NCBI RefSeq assembly: GCF_021028975.2
Contig: NC_059425.1
Span: forward strand, 27,714,001-27,778,000
Source: Sphaerodactylus townsendi
Lineage: Eukaryota
Length of the DNA: 64,000 nt
Direction of reading: 5' to 3'
Part shown: one piece after another, positions 1 through 11,454 of the stretch
Layout of the letters: each line of letters begins with the position of its first letter
Numbering within the stretch: the stretch's first letter is position 1
Made by a program: the position numbers and the translations under genes
The notes under the pieces: model-generated
Told to the model about the DNA's origin: nothing
What the model saw: only the letters and a program-made list of their open reading frames with translations
Databases searched by the model: none

Positions 1-101
1 AGCAATCCTACATATTATTACTGGGAATGTTAAGGCAATGATCACATGAAAACTGCCTTATGCTGAATCAGATCTTTGGTTCATCAAAGGCAATATTGTC
101 A

Positions 102-204
102 CAACCTGCGGCTCTCCAGGTGTTCATGGACTACAAATCCCATCAGCCCCTGATGGGAATTGTAGTCCATGAACATCTGGAGAGCCACAGGTTGCAGACC
201 CCTG
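102..204. mobile_element. Palindromic hAT-type MITE (centre deleted) inserted in a tRNA-derived SINE
   Basis: Inverted arms caacctgcggctctccag..ctggagagccacaggttgcagacccctg; same family as 3602-3744. Confidence 0.75.
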
Positions 205-380
205 GTCTACTCAGACTGGCAGCAGCTCTCCAGGGTCACAAGCAGAAATCATATACAACATCGACTTTCTGATCCTTTTTTTAAAAAAAAATTGGAGCTG
301 TCGGGGGTTGAACCTGGGATTTAGATGCTCCACCAACTGAGCCACAGCCTCTCCTAACCATTTTTCCCTGTCAAGTCTCA

Positions 381-532
381 GGCCACTTCCGCACATGCAG
401 AATAATGCACTTTCAATCCACTTTCACAAATTATTTGCAAGTGGATTTTGCTACTTTGCACAGTAAAATCCAGCTGCAAAGTGCATTGAAAGTGGATTGA
501 AAGTGAATTATTCTGTATGTGTGGAAGGGGAC
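381..532. mobile_element. Palindromic MITE (ggccccttccgcacatgc ends; possibly PIF/Harbinger-type)
   Basis: Long inverted arms; an internally deleted second copy at about 12083-12156. Confidence 0.7.
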
Positions 533-544
533 ACAGCTAAGTTA

Positions 545-725
545 TGTCAACCCCATAGGGTTTTCAAAGCAAGAGATGTTCAGAGACAGGTTGCCAATTG
601 CCTGGCTCTGCATAGCGACTCTGGTATTCCTTAGTGGTCTCATATCAAACACTAACCAAGGTCAACCCTGCTTAACTTCCAAGATCTGATGAGGTCGAGT
701 TAACCTGGGCTATCCTGGTCAGTGT
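545..725 (-). mobile_element. 5S rRNA-derived SINE (5S-Sauria-like)
   Basis: Minus strand gatcttggaagttaagcagggttgaccttggttagtg resembles the 5S rRNA internal region, followed by an RTE-like tail; second copy about 37665-37865. Confidence 0.65.
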
Positions 726-1032
726 AGGCTGCTCTTCTACTATTTGCACAATTTGTGCATAGTAACTTTGGCCCAATTACTTCTGCCTTTCTGAAAACAG
801 GTCTTTGCTTGTTGGGGCCTTGAGCGCTACATAGCTTTACAGTGCGGATCTGGTCTATTCTGCCTGGGGAAGGCAGTAGGCATCCATGAGGTTACCATCA
901 GGGTTCTCTTGGTCAGAATCTGCACATCAGACAGGCTTATCTGTATGCCACTTCTAGGGATCAGGACTAGTAAGGTCTAGATGCTGGTAGGCCACACTTT
1001 GCCTTACACACACAATTCATCTCAACAGTCTT

Positions 1033-1424
1033 CAGAGGTGGGATCCAGCAGGTTCTCACAGGTTCCCGAGAGTAGGTTACTAATTATTTGTGTGTGCTGA
1101 GAGGGGGTTACTAATTGGTGATTTTGCCATATGATTTTTGCCTTAGTTACTCCCCTCCTCTCAGCAGTAGCGCACAGAACTTGAAGCAGTCTAGCAGGAG
1201 GTGCACCGGCGTGCGTGGCAGCCTGTGCCTGCGTGCATTTGTTTCCTGCCCAAGGTCCGGCGCAGCGGCTGCGTCCTTGCCAAAGCCCAGCCCAGGAATG
1301 CCCCACCCCTGGAATGCCCGGCCATGCCCCCATCGTGCCCCGCCCAGCCCCATTGGCGCTATGCCACAGTTTGAATCCCACCACCATGGGAACCTGTTAC
1401 TAAAATTTTTGGATCCCACCACTG
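1033..1424. mobile_element. Non-autonomous hAT transposon
   Basis: TIRs cagaggtgggatcca / tggatcccaccactg; perfect 8-bp TSD acagtctt (1025-1032, 1425-1432). Confidence 0.9.
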
Positions 1425-1434
1425 ACAGTCTTAC

Positions 1435-1501
1435 CTTGTTCAGATCTTCTATGCCCAGGAGCGCACTGTCCTCCGTCCCCTCATGTGATGCTACAAGAGC
1501 C
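1435..1501 (-). CDS. GCKR: Glucokinase regulatory protein, coding exon 6 (gene continues beyond left edge)
   Basis: tag|g..aag|gtaag boundaries; encodes (R)ALVASHEGTEDSALLGIEDLNK, matching human SVVASREGTEDSALHGIEELKK; 67 nt, in phase with exon 5. Confidence 0.95.
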
Positions 1502-1726
1502 CTATGAGAAAAAGGTGGTTGTGAGGGCTTTTATTACGATCCCTCAGATGTGGAATTCCACAGCCAAGAACCCCGTCAACCCCATCACACACAAAATGGA
1601 ATCCCTTATTCAGCTGGCAGGGCCACATCCTCAAATGGGGGTACCACAGACTCCACATACTGAATTAGCAACCCCCAACCACCAAAGTGACCATTTTTCT
1701 CAGCCCCCATTGCGAAACACTCTCAC

Positions 1727-1800
1727 CTGTCTCCCCCAGCAATGATGTATGTATATTGTGGTGGCTGCCCCAGGCCCTTCAGAAGCTTGTTAAAGGACAC
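1727..1800 (-). CDS. GCKR: GCKR coding exon 5
   Basis: cag|..|gtgag; VSFNKLLKGLGQPPQYTYIIAGGD(R) vs human VSFNQLMKGLGQKPLYTYLIAGGDR; 74 nt. Confidence 0.95.
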
Positions 1801-1850
1801 CTGGGAGAGAAAGTAGACAGACAATGAGAAGCCCAGCTACACTTCCCACA

Positions 1851-2242
1851 ATACTAGAACCAGGGGGCATTCATTGAAAATGCTAGGGGGAAGAATTAGG
1901 ACTAATAAAAGGAAACACTTCTTCACGCAACGTGTGATTGGTGTTTGGAATATGCTGCCACAGGTGGTGGTGATGGCCACTAACCTGGATAGCTTTAAAA
2001 GGGGCTTGGACAGATTTATGGAGGAGAAGTCGATCTATGGCTACCAATCTTGATCCTTCTTGATCTGAGATTGCAAATGCCTTAGCAGACCAGGTGCTCG
2101 GGAACAGCAGCAGCAGAAGGCCATTGCTTTCACATTCTGCATGTGAGCTCCCAAAGGGACCTGGTGGGCCACTGCGAGTAGCAGAGTGCTGGACTAGATG
2201 GACTCTGGTCTGATCCAGCAGGCTAGTTCTTATGTTCTTATG
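1851..2242 (+). mobile_element. CR1 LINE 3' fragment
   Basis: End of ORF2 (RGHSLKMLGGRIRTNKRKHFFTQRV) + 3' UTR + (ttcttatg)n tail. Confidence 0.9.
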
Positions 2243-2635
2243 TACTCCCCTGACTAAGAGGCTACAATTCAAAATGTTTTCATGGAAGGTAGCAATTCTC
2301 TGGCAGCTCCCTACACTCCTGTACACTCATCTTGTCTTTCAAGAATGTATTTAGATAAATATTTACACCCCACCTTTCTTTCATGGCTCAAAATGGCTTA
2401 CAAATCCAATTTTTGAATGTACAGAAAGGCATTTTCCCAGCACATTTTTTGTGAAGGCAATAAACCACTGACACTACCACCGGCTGACCTTTCACTAATG
2501 CAAAGGTAACTTACACAGCCAGGGCGTTGTAGGGGTCACAGTGTTGGACTAGGACTGAGGACAGTTTGGTTCAGCTCCCTAATCTGCCACAAAGTTTACT
2601 CTGAAGACTTAGGCCAGTCATTTTCTCTGAGCTAT

Positions 2636-3098
2636 TGTAACCCCCATGCCCAGAATGGGTTGGCCCAGAATGGGTTGACCCAGTAAGGGGGTGGAGACTC
2701 AGAGCAGCAGAAAGGCTGAAAGAGCTCTTTGCAGAAGACAAGGCTACCAGACTCGGACCTTGATCTCTATAAGCCCTTAACACCTTGTTAAGGGTTTTCT
2801 TTTGTGGTTGTAATGGGTGAGAGTTCTCCTGGAGACCTTCATCATGTTGCAACCTGTTCATCAAGCCCTTGGAGTCTTCAGGAGCCAGCCAACTTGCAAA
2901 GAAGAATTTGGACTTGGCAATATCAGTAGACTGTAAATAGAAGGACTTGAAATGCAACCTGAACAGGACCTTGAATTGTAATGTTAAATGTTGATGTTTA
3001 ATGTTATTTGTAAAGAGAAGTAAACTGTTTTGTTTAAATTTGGTTCTTTGCAACTCCTTCCTAGTACTGCCCCACAGAACCCACAAGCTGAGGTTACA
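2636..3098 (+). mobile_element. Solo LTR inserted in an older SINE
   Basis: tgtaacc..ggttaca termini, 4-bp TSD ctat, TATA-like ctataa near 2767, agtaaa near 3019. Confidence 0.8.
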
Positions 3099-3601
3099 CT
3101 ATCTTGCAGGATTGTGTGAAAAAATGGAGGAGAAGGGAACAATGTATGCCTCCCGTGGAGGAAGGGCACAGTAATAATCAATGCATAAATAAATGATAAA
3201 ACTGCACCAATAATTGATGATTCTAATGGGACCCTTGAAGAGTTTCAATTACAGAGAGCAAATAATTGATGGATTTGTCAAACTACAGCTTTCAGGAGCA
3301 TAAAATAAAGGCATGGGAAATCAGACGTAATGTTGTTTTGTGGATTTGCAGATAAAAAAGTTATTACTCCCTTTTGAGGGAATTATAGTTGATGAAAAAA
3401 GAACTTGAAAATGCCACGGTTTGATAAAATATTGTGGAAGGGTGCAAGTAAAAGTGATATCACGGGTTTATGCCTAATAAAGGTTTACTGTACTGTACTG
3501 ATATCACGGGATGAGACCTGCGGCAATATATCAGTTTTTGAGATCTGGTGATTTCAGTATTGTTTTTGCATTATAATGATTGAAAGAAGAATGCTATAGT
3601 G

Positions 3602-3744
3602 CAAGGATCTGCAACCTGTGGCTCTCCAGATGTCCATGGACTACAATTCCCATCAGCCACTGCCAGCATGGCCAATTTGCTGGCAGGGGCTGATGGGAAT
3701 TGTAGTCCATGGACAACTGGAAAGCCACTGGTTGCAGACCCCTG
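3602..3744. mobile_element. Palindromic hAT-type MITE
   Basis: Arms with ggactacaattcccatcagcc / ggctgatgggaattgtagtcc. Confidence 0.8.
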
Positions 3745-4096
3745 CTTAGGAGCAATGATGATGTAGCATAGTGTACAAAAATGATTGCATAAAATCTGAG
3801 GTAATTTCAGCCTTCTAAGTTGACAAAACTGGAAATCAGTTTATTAGGTAGCAGAAGAGGACAGATCCATTAACTGGCATGGAAGACAGTTCCAAAACTA
3901 CGTCCAGTGCAGAATACTTCTGCAAGAAGCCTCCATAGGATGGGCTGCCATGACAATGTTGACTTAGTGGTACTTCAATTGCATAGGCTTCCAATTTGTT
4001 TATGGGTTCATTTCTAAATGCTAGTTTGGACCTTCAGGGCCCTACATGGACTGGCTCCAGAGTTCTCAAAGGACCATCTCCACTTGTATTAACCAG

Positions 4097-7000
4097 CCTG
4101 AAATGCGTGCTTAGATGGGACATGTGATCCATTTGACAGCTGGACACCCTCCCAGTGCCGTGTGTAACCAGTGCAGGTGCATAACCAAGCAACGTGTGCA
4201 AAGACTGATATGGTAATGGGTAATCGGATTGGCACCTGGTTTGTATGCATTAGTAGACATAGTCCACGGTGAAGGAGTTTGGAAATAGCTGTGTCTCATG
4301 GAGCACTCTGGTGGTGCTAGTAAATAAACGGATCTGAACGGGTGATCAGGTCTTGCAGTTCCCGGTTTGCCCTTGCACCCCTAAGGCGGTCCCATGTAAG
4401 CTGGCTTGCTTCCGACAGGTTATGGGCCCAGATTCTGCCCTTTAACTCTCGAGTAGCTGTTTTGCTGTTGCAAGGGAATAGTTCCCGCTGCACCATGGCT
4501 GCTTCTTTGCTTGCCTATCTTCGGAAAGGCTGACAGAGTACAAATCCATGTGACCTGGGTGTCTTGGAAGACGAAAGCCCATCTCCATGGAGGGATTCTG
4601 TGGATCTTGTGTCAGCCCCTACCCGCTGCAGCCTCCAAGGCTGGAGATAAGATTGAGGATGGGCAAGAGCATCCATCATCCTGGCAGAAAGCCCCCAACC
4701 GCTCTATATCAAAGATGCAGCTGGGCCTGGCCTGGAATGCTGGAACCTACTCCAGAGGCCTACCAGCGTGAGTCTGCTTGGAGGGAAGTCCTACTTCACA
4801 AGACAGTTGCACTACCTCAGGCTAATGGAAGGCGGACTCCGGCCTCTGATAACCTACAGAAAATGCAACGCTATTCTCTGAGCTGGCTGATCGTGGTCTG
4901 TTCTTGCTGAGGGACTCCTGCCATAAAGCCTACTCCGCTGACTTGGGCTGCTGATCTATCTGGTGGGAGTCAGCTGGTCAGCAGCCTCCCAGACAGTCAT
5001 GGATGCCACCTTGACTCTGACCACGCCACCTCGGGTTGCTGGACTTGTTACAGAGGGAATTCCAGGCCGCTTGCCGAGCCCCAGAGGGGAAACAACTCCT
5101 GAGAGTCTGCCCTCACGCGGGCTCCGCTGCCTGTGCCACCAGGCGCCACCGCGTGGAGCTCCCGGGCCACTTAGCCAGAGCATGGAAAGTGCTGGACTGG
5201 ATCGGCTTCTTCCAAACAGACAAGAAGGGTCCTGGGAGAGGGACTCTGCCTTCCTTCACTCCGTTTCTTTGGTTTTCACGCGGTAACTGACAAGGACATT
5301 AAGAGATGGAACTTGGCTCCATTGACTTCTTGCCTGTTCTATGCACATCGGAACTGTGAGCACTTGTTTACAGAGGATCTACGTGATTCTGTGACATCAA
5401 ACACGTAGTTTGGCAAACGGGACTCCAGTCCTGTGGAGAAGCAAGGAACAGCTTATCGGCTCCGCTTTGTAAGGGATTAAGCATTAAAACAACCTTTATG
5501 CTCTGTCTGGGATTTCCTCTGTTTGGCTCACGCCGCTAAAATGACGGATGGGTAAGGTTGTTACTATTGATCAAACATGTACAATATCTAAAAACGTTGT
5601 GTGCGTAAGGGAAATTGTTAAATGGCTTGTATTTATTTAGAATACAGTGATAATGGTACCGTCTGTATGTCTGAGAAGGTAGCAAACCGTGTCGCGTCTA
5701 ATGTTCCTCCCCGCGACCAATGCATCTTACTATTAATGCATCGCGGGTAGTTTGGATACAAGGAACTTCAGAGCACTAGCCAACCTAGGGCAAAAGGGTC
5801 TGAAGGTAAAACCCTGCAAAGTTTTTTTGGAGAGGCTCTGTGTGTGGTAGAACCAAAGTGAAGGCGATCCTTCAACCGCTAGAAGTACTCCAGAGGAGTC
5901 TGTCCGTCCAATTCTAACCAATCATATGGATCTCAGCAGGACTGCTCCTCAACCTGGGGCCAGGGGAAAAGCTGGCAACGTAATGGTTCTCCTGTGTGAC
6001 GACTTTTAGTAGGTGCGCTAATTTTACCTTTCCTAAAGTCGATATTGAGGTATCGCAAAGTTCAAGAACTGGGTGGAAATGATAGAGAAGGAGCTGGGCT
6101 GAAGGATTCGCGCGGTAGACGGATAGGGGAGAATGGACAGGTAATCAATTTCAGTCTCTGGCTGGAAAGTAAGGGGAATCCAACACCGCAAAACGAATCC
6201 TTATCGGGAGCTCCATGAGGAACGCGATCGGAAAGAAAATAGCCAATTTTAAAAAATATGAAAGAAAGTATGCTTGTTAGATGCTGATTTGCCAGAATAA
6301 TTTGGGTAGAAGCAATAAATACAGCCACATATGTGCTGAACAGAATGTGGTCTTCTGTAGTGAAACAAAACTCGCTTTTCCTGTTGTATAAAAAATCCTG
6401 ACTTGTCAAAATATGAGGATTTTGGTAGGTTTCATGTGTTGGTGCCACCTACAGCAGAGAAAGACAGGTGACCCATGGCAACCTGACCTTTGCTGGTTTC
6501 TTGAAACCACTGGACGCAAAGGGGATTTCTGCTTTCATCATTTTGGACGGGTTGTCATCTCCGGAGTGCTAATTTTGTTAAGCATGCTAACTGGGAGAAA
6601 ATCCACCTAAAACACAGAAGGCGTTACTCTCCTATCAATTGAGCCTGAAATAGTTAATGGACAGTATTTGCCAGCCGCTGTTCAAGGTCAGCGCCAGAGA
6701 GTGTGTGAAACGTCCGAGAAATAAACAAACCGTCTCCCCAGTGAAGATCAGAAGGGGAGGAGGTGGAAATCTAACTATCCCCGCATCCAAAAGGATAAAC
6801 AAGGGTGTACCCTACACCTGACCGGGTACGGGTCACAGCCAGAATGCTCTATGTGTGTCAGACTCTGCTCTTGAACCATTCCTCCCATGCAGAGATTTTA
6901 TCTCCTCTACCGAAGAAAGAGAGGGCTGGGAGGGAAGCTATGGAGGTGGAAACATAGCACCCTGTTAAACAAAATGCGGGTTTGTGGGCAACTGCACCCC

Positions 7001-8800
7001 CCGGCCAGAAAAAATAATCGCCCTAAGGGTATTTGCAGAGAAAAAAACTAAGCTGCCCGGTTAAGCCAGGCTGGATTTATAAGGCAAGAATTGTTGCCTG
7101 GCTCAAAAACCGGAGGGAGGAGAAAGGGCCCTCCCTACAGCCAGACCTACAGAGTCTCTTTACTGGTCTGTCCCGTTCTAGCTAAGCAAATATGATGCTG
7201 AGGTGGCATGCCGCATTTCCTGGATTTTCAAATGTGCTTTACCCAATGCCCACCTAAGGCAAACGTCTATATGGTTTCTGCTGGTTGGTGAAGGCTGGCG
7301 ACCCAAACATGGTTTATAAGCTGCAGCGCTCCCCTGTATCGCCTTGATCCAATCTGGGGAGGAACTGGTACCGCTGCTTAGATGCAAACTGAAAGAGGTG
7401 GTTTTATCAGACTCTCCGGCTGATGCCTGTGCAGAGGTCAAGCATCAGGATAGAGAAACTAAGTACTGGTGTATGCTGATGATATTTGTGTATGTACTAA
7501 GACTGACCAGCAGGAAAACATCTACAAAGAACCTTGCAGTGGAACCTTGTGTGGAAAAGATCTAGGTGAAATAAATCCCACTACCTAGGTGGCAGTATGA
7601 CATTAAACAAGTAGTGAATCAAGGCTTCTCTCATGTGCCAGAAGAAGAAAAATAGCTTAAGTAGTCAAGAAAGCTGGAGTTAGATCAAGAGGAGAACTAC
7701 AAGTACACCGGATGACTGTAGAGTCTTGTAAAGGATCCGATACAGAAACTGCAGGATCCAGAACTATACAGGTCTCTATTAGGAAGCTTACTTCATCGCG
7801 AACTGGACGCCACCTTCGACCTGGCTTCTTTGGCCAGTATTGCTACCGGCTACGCTGCTAAGCCAACGCGAAAGGACTGGATATATCTGACCTGTGATAA
7901 TGACATCCGAATGGTAACTGGCTGAACTTGGATTTCACTGGGTCAGCAGAGAAACAGAGTAACGCGGTTTTCAGTGCAACAACAGATAACGCCTCTTTGG
8001 TTGACGGTGAGAAATCCAAAAAAAAAGCTGCACAGGGCTCAGTGACTTATGCCAATGTACCAGTATCCTGGCAGTCCCATAGACAGACCCTAGTTAAATT
8101 GGATCCGGTTGAGGTTGAGGTTCTGTGCCATCTCTGGAAACATCTAACTGATCTGGTTGGAAAGCATTGTTACTGGGAGTTAGGGGAAGAGTACAACAGC
8201 CAATCCCCGTGGTTAGGAGGATTCAGACAGCCATTCATCTAGCAGAGACAGAGAATCTAAAGGCTAGAACTAAGTACATAGGGCGAAATATGAACACAGG
8301 TAACGCAGGAACTTGGTAAGCAATGTGGGTCTACTAAGCTGCATGTGGATTCAAGCAAGTCAATGTAGCTGACGCTCTAACCAAGCCTACTGCTAAAGAA
8401 AAGTATGTACTTTTAAGCGTGAGCAAACTGAATGTACCCGTCCGTATCCAATGTGGTAATATGTAAATGTCCACAAACCGACTAAGGTGCTGGAAACATG
8501 TGCTTAGATGGGACATGATCTATCTGACAGCTGGACACCCTCCCGCTGCAAAATCCAAAGCAGTGCATAACCAAGTAACGCAGCAAAAGACTGATATGGT
8601 ACGGGCGTAATTGATTGGCACCTGTCTGTGGCATTAGTAGACACAGTCCACTCCAGTGGAAGGCTGATTTGGAACAAAATGTCTCATGGAGCACTCTTGC
8701 GGTGGTTAAAATAAACGGATCTGAACGGGTGACTGCGTCTCGTGTCCTTGTTTGTCTTGGCACCCCCCTGCTGCGTCCCCACTGTAAGCCACTAAGCTCA
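4097..8800 (+). mobile_element. Ty1/copia LTR retrotransposon, degenerate or error-laden, in GCKR intron 4 (antisense to GCKR)
   Basis: LTRs about 4097-4417 and 8488-8800; PBS GGTTATGGGCCCAG 4418-4431; integrase IWVEAINTATYVLNR near 6300; RT YKARIVA near 7078 and YRSLLGSLL near 7767; RNase H VSWQSHRQ near 8063 and VADALTKP 8365-8388; IN before RT. Confidence 0.9.
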
Positions 8801-8855
8801 TGTTGAAGTCTGTATGGGTGATACCTTTTGGCAACAAATGACCTGATTGTTGGTT

Positions 8856-9072
8856 AGGGATGCCGGCTTCAGGTTAGGAAATACCTGGAGATTTTGGGAC
8901 TGGGGCATGAGGAGGGTGGGATTTGGGGAGGGGAGGGACCTTGGTGGGAATTAATGCCATACAATCCACCTTCTAAAATGGCCATTTTCTTCAGGGGAAC
9001 CGATCTCTGTCGCCTGGAGATCCACTGTAACAGCAAGAGATCTCCATCCATCACCTGCCAGTTGGTAACTCT
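8856..9072. mobile_element. TAGGGTTGCCA-ended non-autonomous DNA element
   Basis: Shared internal sequence and ggcaaccct-like ends with copies at about 10498-10899, 11000-11190 and 31520-31668. Confidence 0.55.
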
Positions 9073-9224
9073 ATCTTCTAGAGGTTGTACAAATTACCCT
9101 TGGTAGCTCCCCATGTACATTGGAGACCCCTAGTACAGTCTATTTTAAGGCACTTTTTAAAAGCCTGTTATTTACAGACACAGGAGGGAGGAGGGGAAAG
9201 AGGTGAAAAAAGGGGGGAACTTAC

Positions 9225-9293
9225 AGCCATGAAGAATGCCAGCCGGCCAGAAGCGCCACCACCACTCAGGACAATGAGGGTGTTGTCTGGTTC
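9225..9293 (-). CDS. GCKR: GCKR coding exon 4 (SIS-domain ligand loop)
   Basis: cag|..|gtaagt; EPDNTLIVLSGGGASGRLAFFMA vs human EPDGGLVVLSGGGTSGRMAFLMS; 69 nt. Confidence 0.95.
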
Positions 9294-9457
9294 CTGCGGA
9301 AGGAAGAGAAGAAAGGGTGAATGGAGGCCAACCTCCTTCCCTGGTCCAATCTTGACACCTGGATCCTTTGCACAAACTCTGCACAAAGCACTGTTAAAGA
9401 GGGACTCCCCACCCACATTCAATCCCAGTCCACTGGGCTTGCTGTCAAGGAAACTGC

Positions 9458-9560
9458 TGCCTCGCCTCTGGGGCGTGTCCTGCCTCACCTCTGGGGTGTG
9501 TCCTGCCTTCTCAGGTGTGTCCTACCCTGCCTCTGGGGCGTGTCCTGCCCTATCCTGCCC
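9458..9560. repeat. Short minisatellite, about 23-bp unit x4
   Basis: Repeats of gcctctggggcgtgtcctgcc variants. Confidence 0.75.
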
Positions 9561-10207
9561 TGGCCACTTGCCATTGTCTACAAATGGCAGACATTTTGTA
9601 CATCGTCTGCCAAAATGCACAAGCATTTGCAAAGTGTAAATGTGGAGGGGGGGCCTACTCCAGGTACCCACCAAGTATGTATTGCAAGGGGAGAATATAA
9701 TGACCAAGCTCAGAGAGACAAGCTAGCCCTACAGCACAGAACAGAGCTTTGTGAATCCCTGCTGTCTCACTTAGCTCGCTGCCTCACAATCAGGACGCAG
9801 TCTCAATCAACCAAGCTTTTTCAATCATGGGAGAAATAAATAAAGAATTTAAAAATGACCTTCGTTCTGTTCTTTCCACTGTATGAAAAAAAAAATCCCA
9901 TCAGACCACCATCAGCCTAAAAGTGGAAAGTGGAATAAGCAGATAGAAGATAGATGTTGGCAAATCACTCCGTGAAGAGCTCAGTTTGTGTGGATGCTGC
10001 GATCAGTGCAGAACAGGGTACAGGGCAAGAGTACAGAAGCTGGACTTCCCTGATTAAGAGACAGACTAAACTCACCAAACTTTGAATTTAAGAACTCTGT
10101 TGGGGAAAGGAGGCGCATTCAATTACAGTGGCTGCAAAAACTTTGCTGGGCCTAGCCTGTGTACTGTGTGCACTGGATCTAGCACTGTGTACATCCACCT
10201 ACCATAC

Positions 10208-10276
10208 CTTCAGCATCTCTTGCACTTTTGCAATGATGTCCATCATGGTCTTCAGTACTGAGTCACTGTACAGCCT
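10208..10276 (-). CDS. GCKR: GCKR coding exon 3
   Basis: cag|..|gtatg; RLYSDSVLKTMMDIIAKVQEMLK vs human RLYSESILTTMVQVAGKVQEVLK; 69 nt. Confidence 0.95.
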
Positions 10277-11298
10277 CTGAGGAAGACACAATAAAGACCT
10301 GAGCACCTTATGTCTCAACATTGAGCTCACCCTGATTTCAGGCCCAGGCCAGAGGTTGTTAACGAAGCACACTGAAGGGACACAGATACCTTAACGAAAC
10401 CTCTATGCCTGATGGAGTTCAGATAGATCTCTCTCTGGTTCAGGGTATAGGATTGTGGGGATAGGATGGTGTCTTACAAAAAAAAGAACTCACACAATAG
10501 GGCTTCTACCTAACATTGCCTACCTTCACGTGCAGTTCGGTGATCTCCGTGAATCACAACTGAGCTCTAGACTGGAGAGATCAGTCCCACTGGAGAAAAT
10601 GACTGCTTTGGAGGGTGGAATCTATGACATTATACCAATGGCGTAGCGCCTTCGGGATAGGGTGGCACAACGCCCCAGGTACACGCTGCAGTGGGGACAT
10701 GACCAGGACATTCCGGGGTGGAGGCGGGCGGCACCAAGGCAGGGGCACAAGGCATGCACGTCCATGCCCTGGACACAGTTTCCCCTCACTCTGCCCCTGC
10801 ATTATATCCTGCTGGGGTCCCTCCCCTCCCCAAACACTGCTCTCTCCAGGTGCCTCACCCTAATATCAAACAATTTCTCGACCCAGTACTGACAACCCTC
10901 CTTTCACCTTTTCAACATAGGAAAGACCCACAAATCTGTATAAGCTGGGGTGCCACAAATTGAAACTAATCCACAGTGTATCAGCTCTGCCAGATGATGA
11001 GCCAACTTCAATTGAAGAAATTCCTGGAGATGGGAGGGGGGCTGTGGAGGGTGGAGTTTGGGGAGAGGAGGGAGCTGAACAGGGCTGTGATGCCATAGAG
11101 TTTATCCTCCAAAGTTGCCTTTATCTCCAGAGGAAGTTGGAAGTGATCTTTACAGGAACTCCAGGGGGATTGCAGGCTGGCAAACCTGGACACGTTACAG
11201 GATTCCAAGAAAAGGCGGTCTAAACTTGCTCAAGATCTAAGCAGTGGATCACATCCTGATCCTCCCTCTGGCATGGGGTGCTTGGCAGGAAGAGTTAC

Positions 11299-11454
11299 CT
11301 TATAGTTGACCAAGGCCTCATCCTCTTCCTGGAAGATCTCAGCATCACAGTCCTTAAGGAGCTGGACAATCTGTGCAGGGTCAGCTTTGTCGATTTCTCG
11401 TGTGATGGGGTTTGACTTCTCTGTGATCGGCAGGGCTGCCTCGTAACCGGCCAA
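11299..11454 (-). CDS. GCKR: GCKR coding exon 2
   Basis: tag|..|gtaac; LAGYEAALPITEKSNPITREIDKADPAQIVQLLKDCDAEIFQEEDEALVNYK; 156 nt. Confidence 0.97.
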
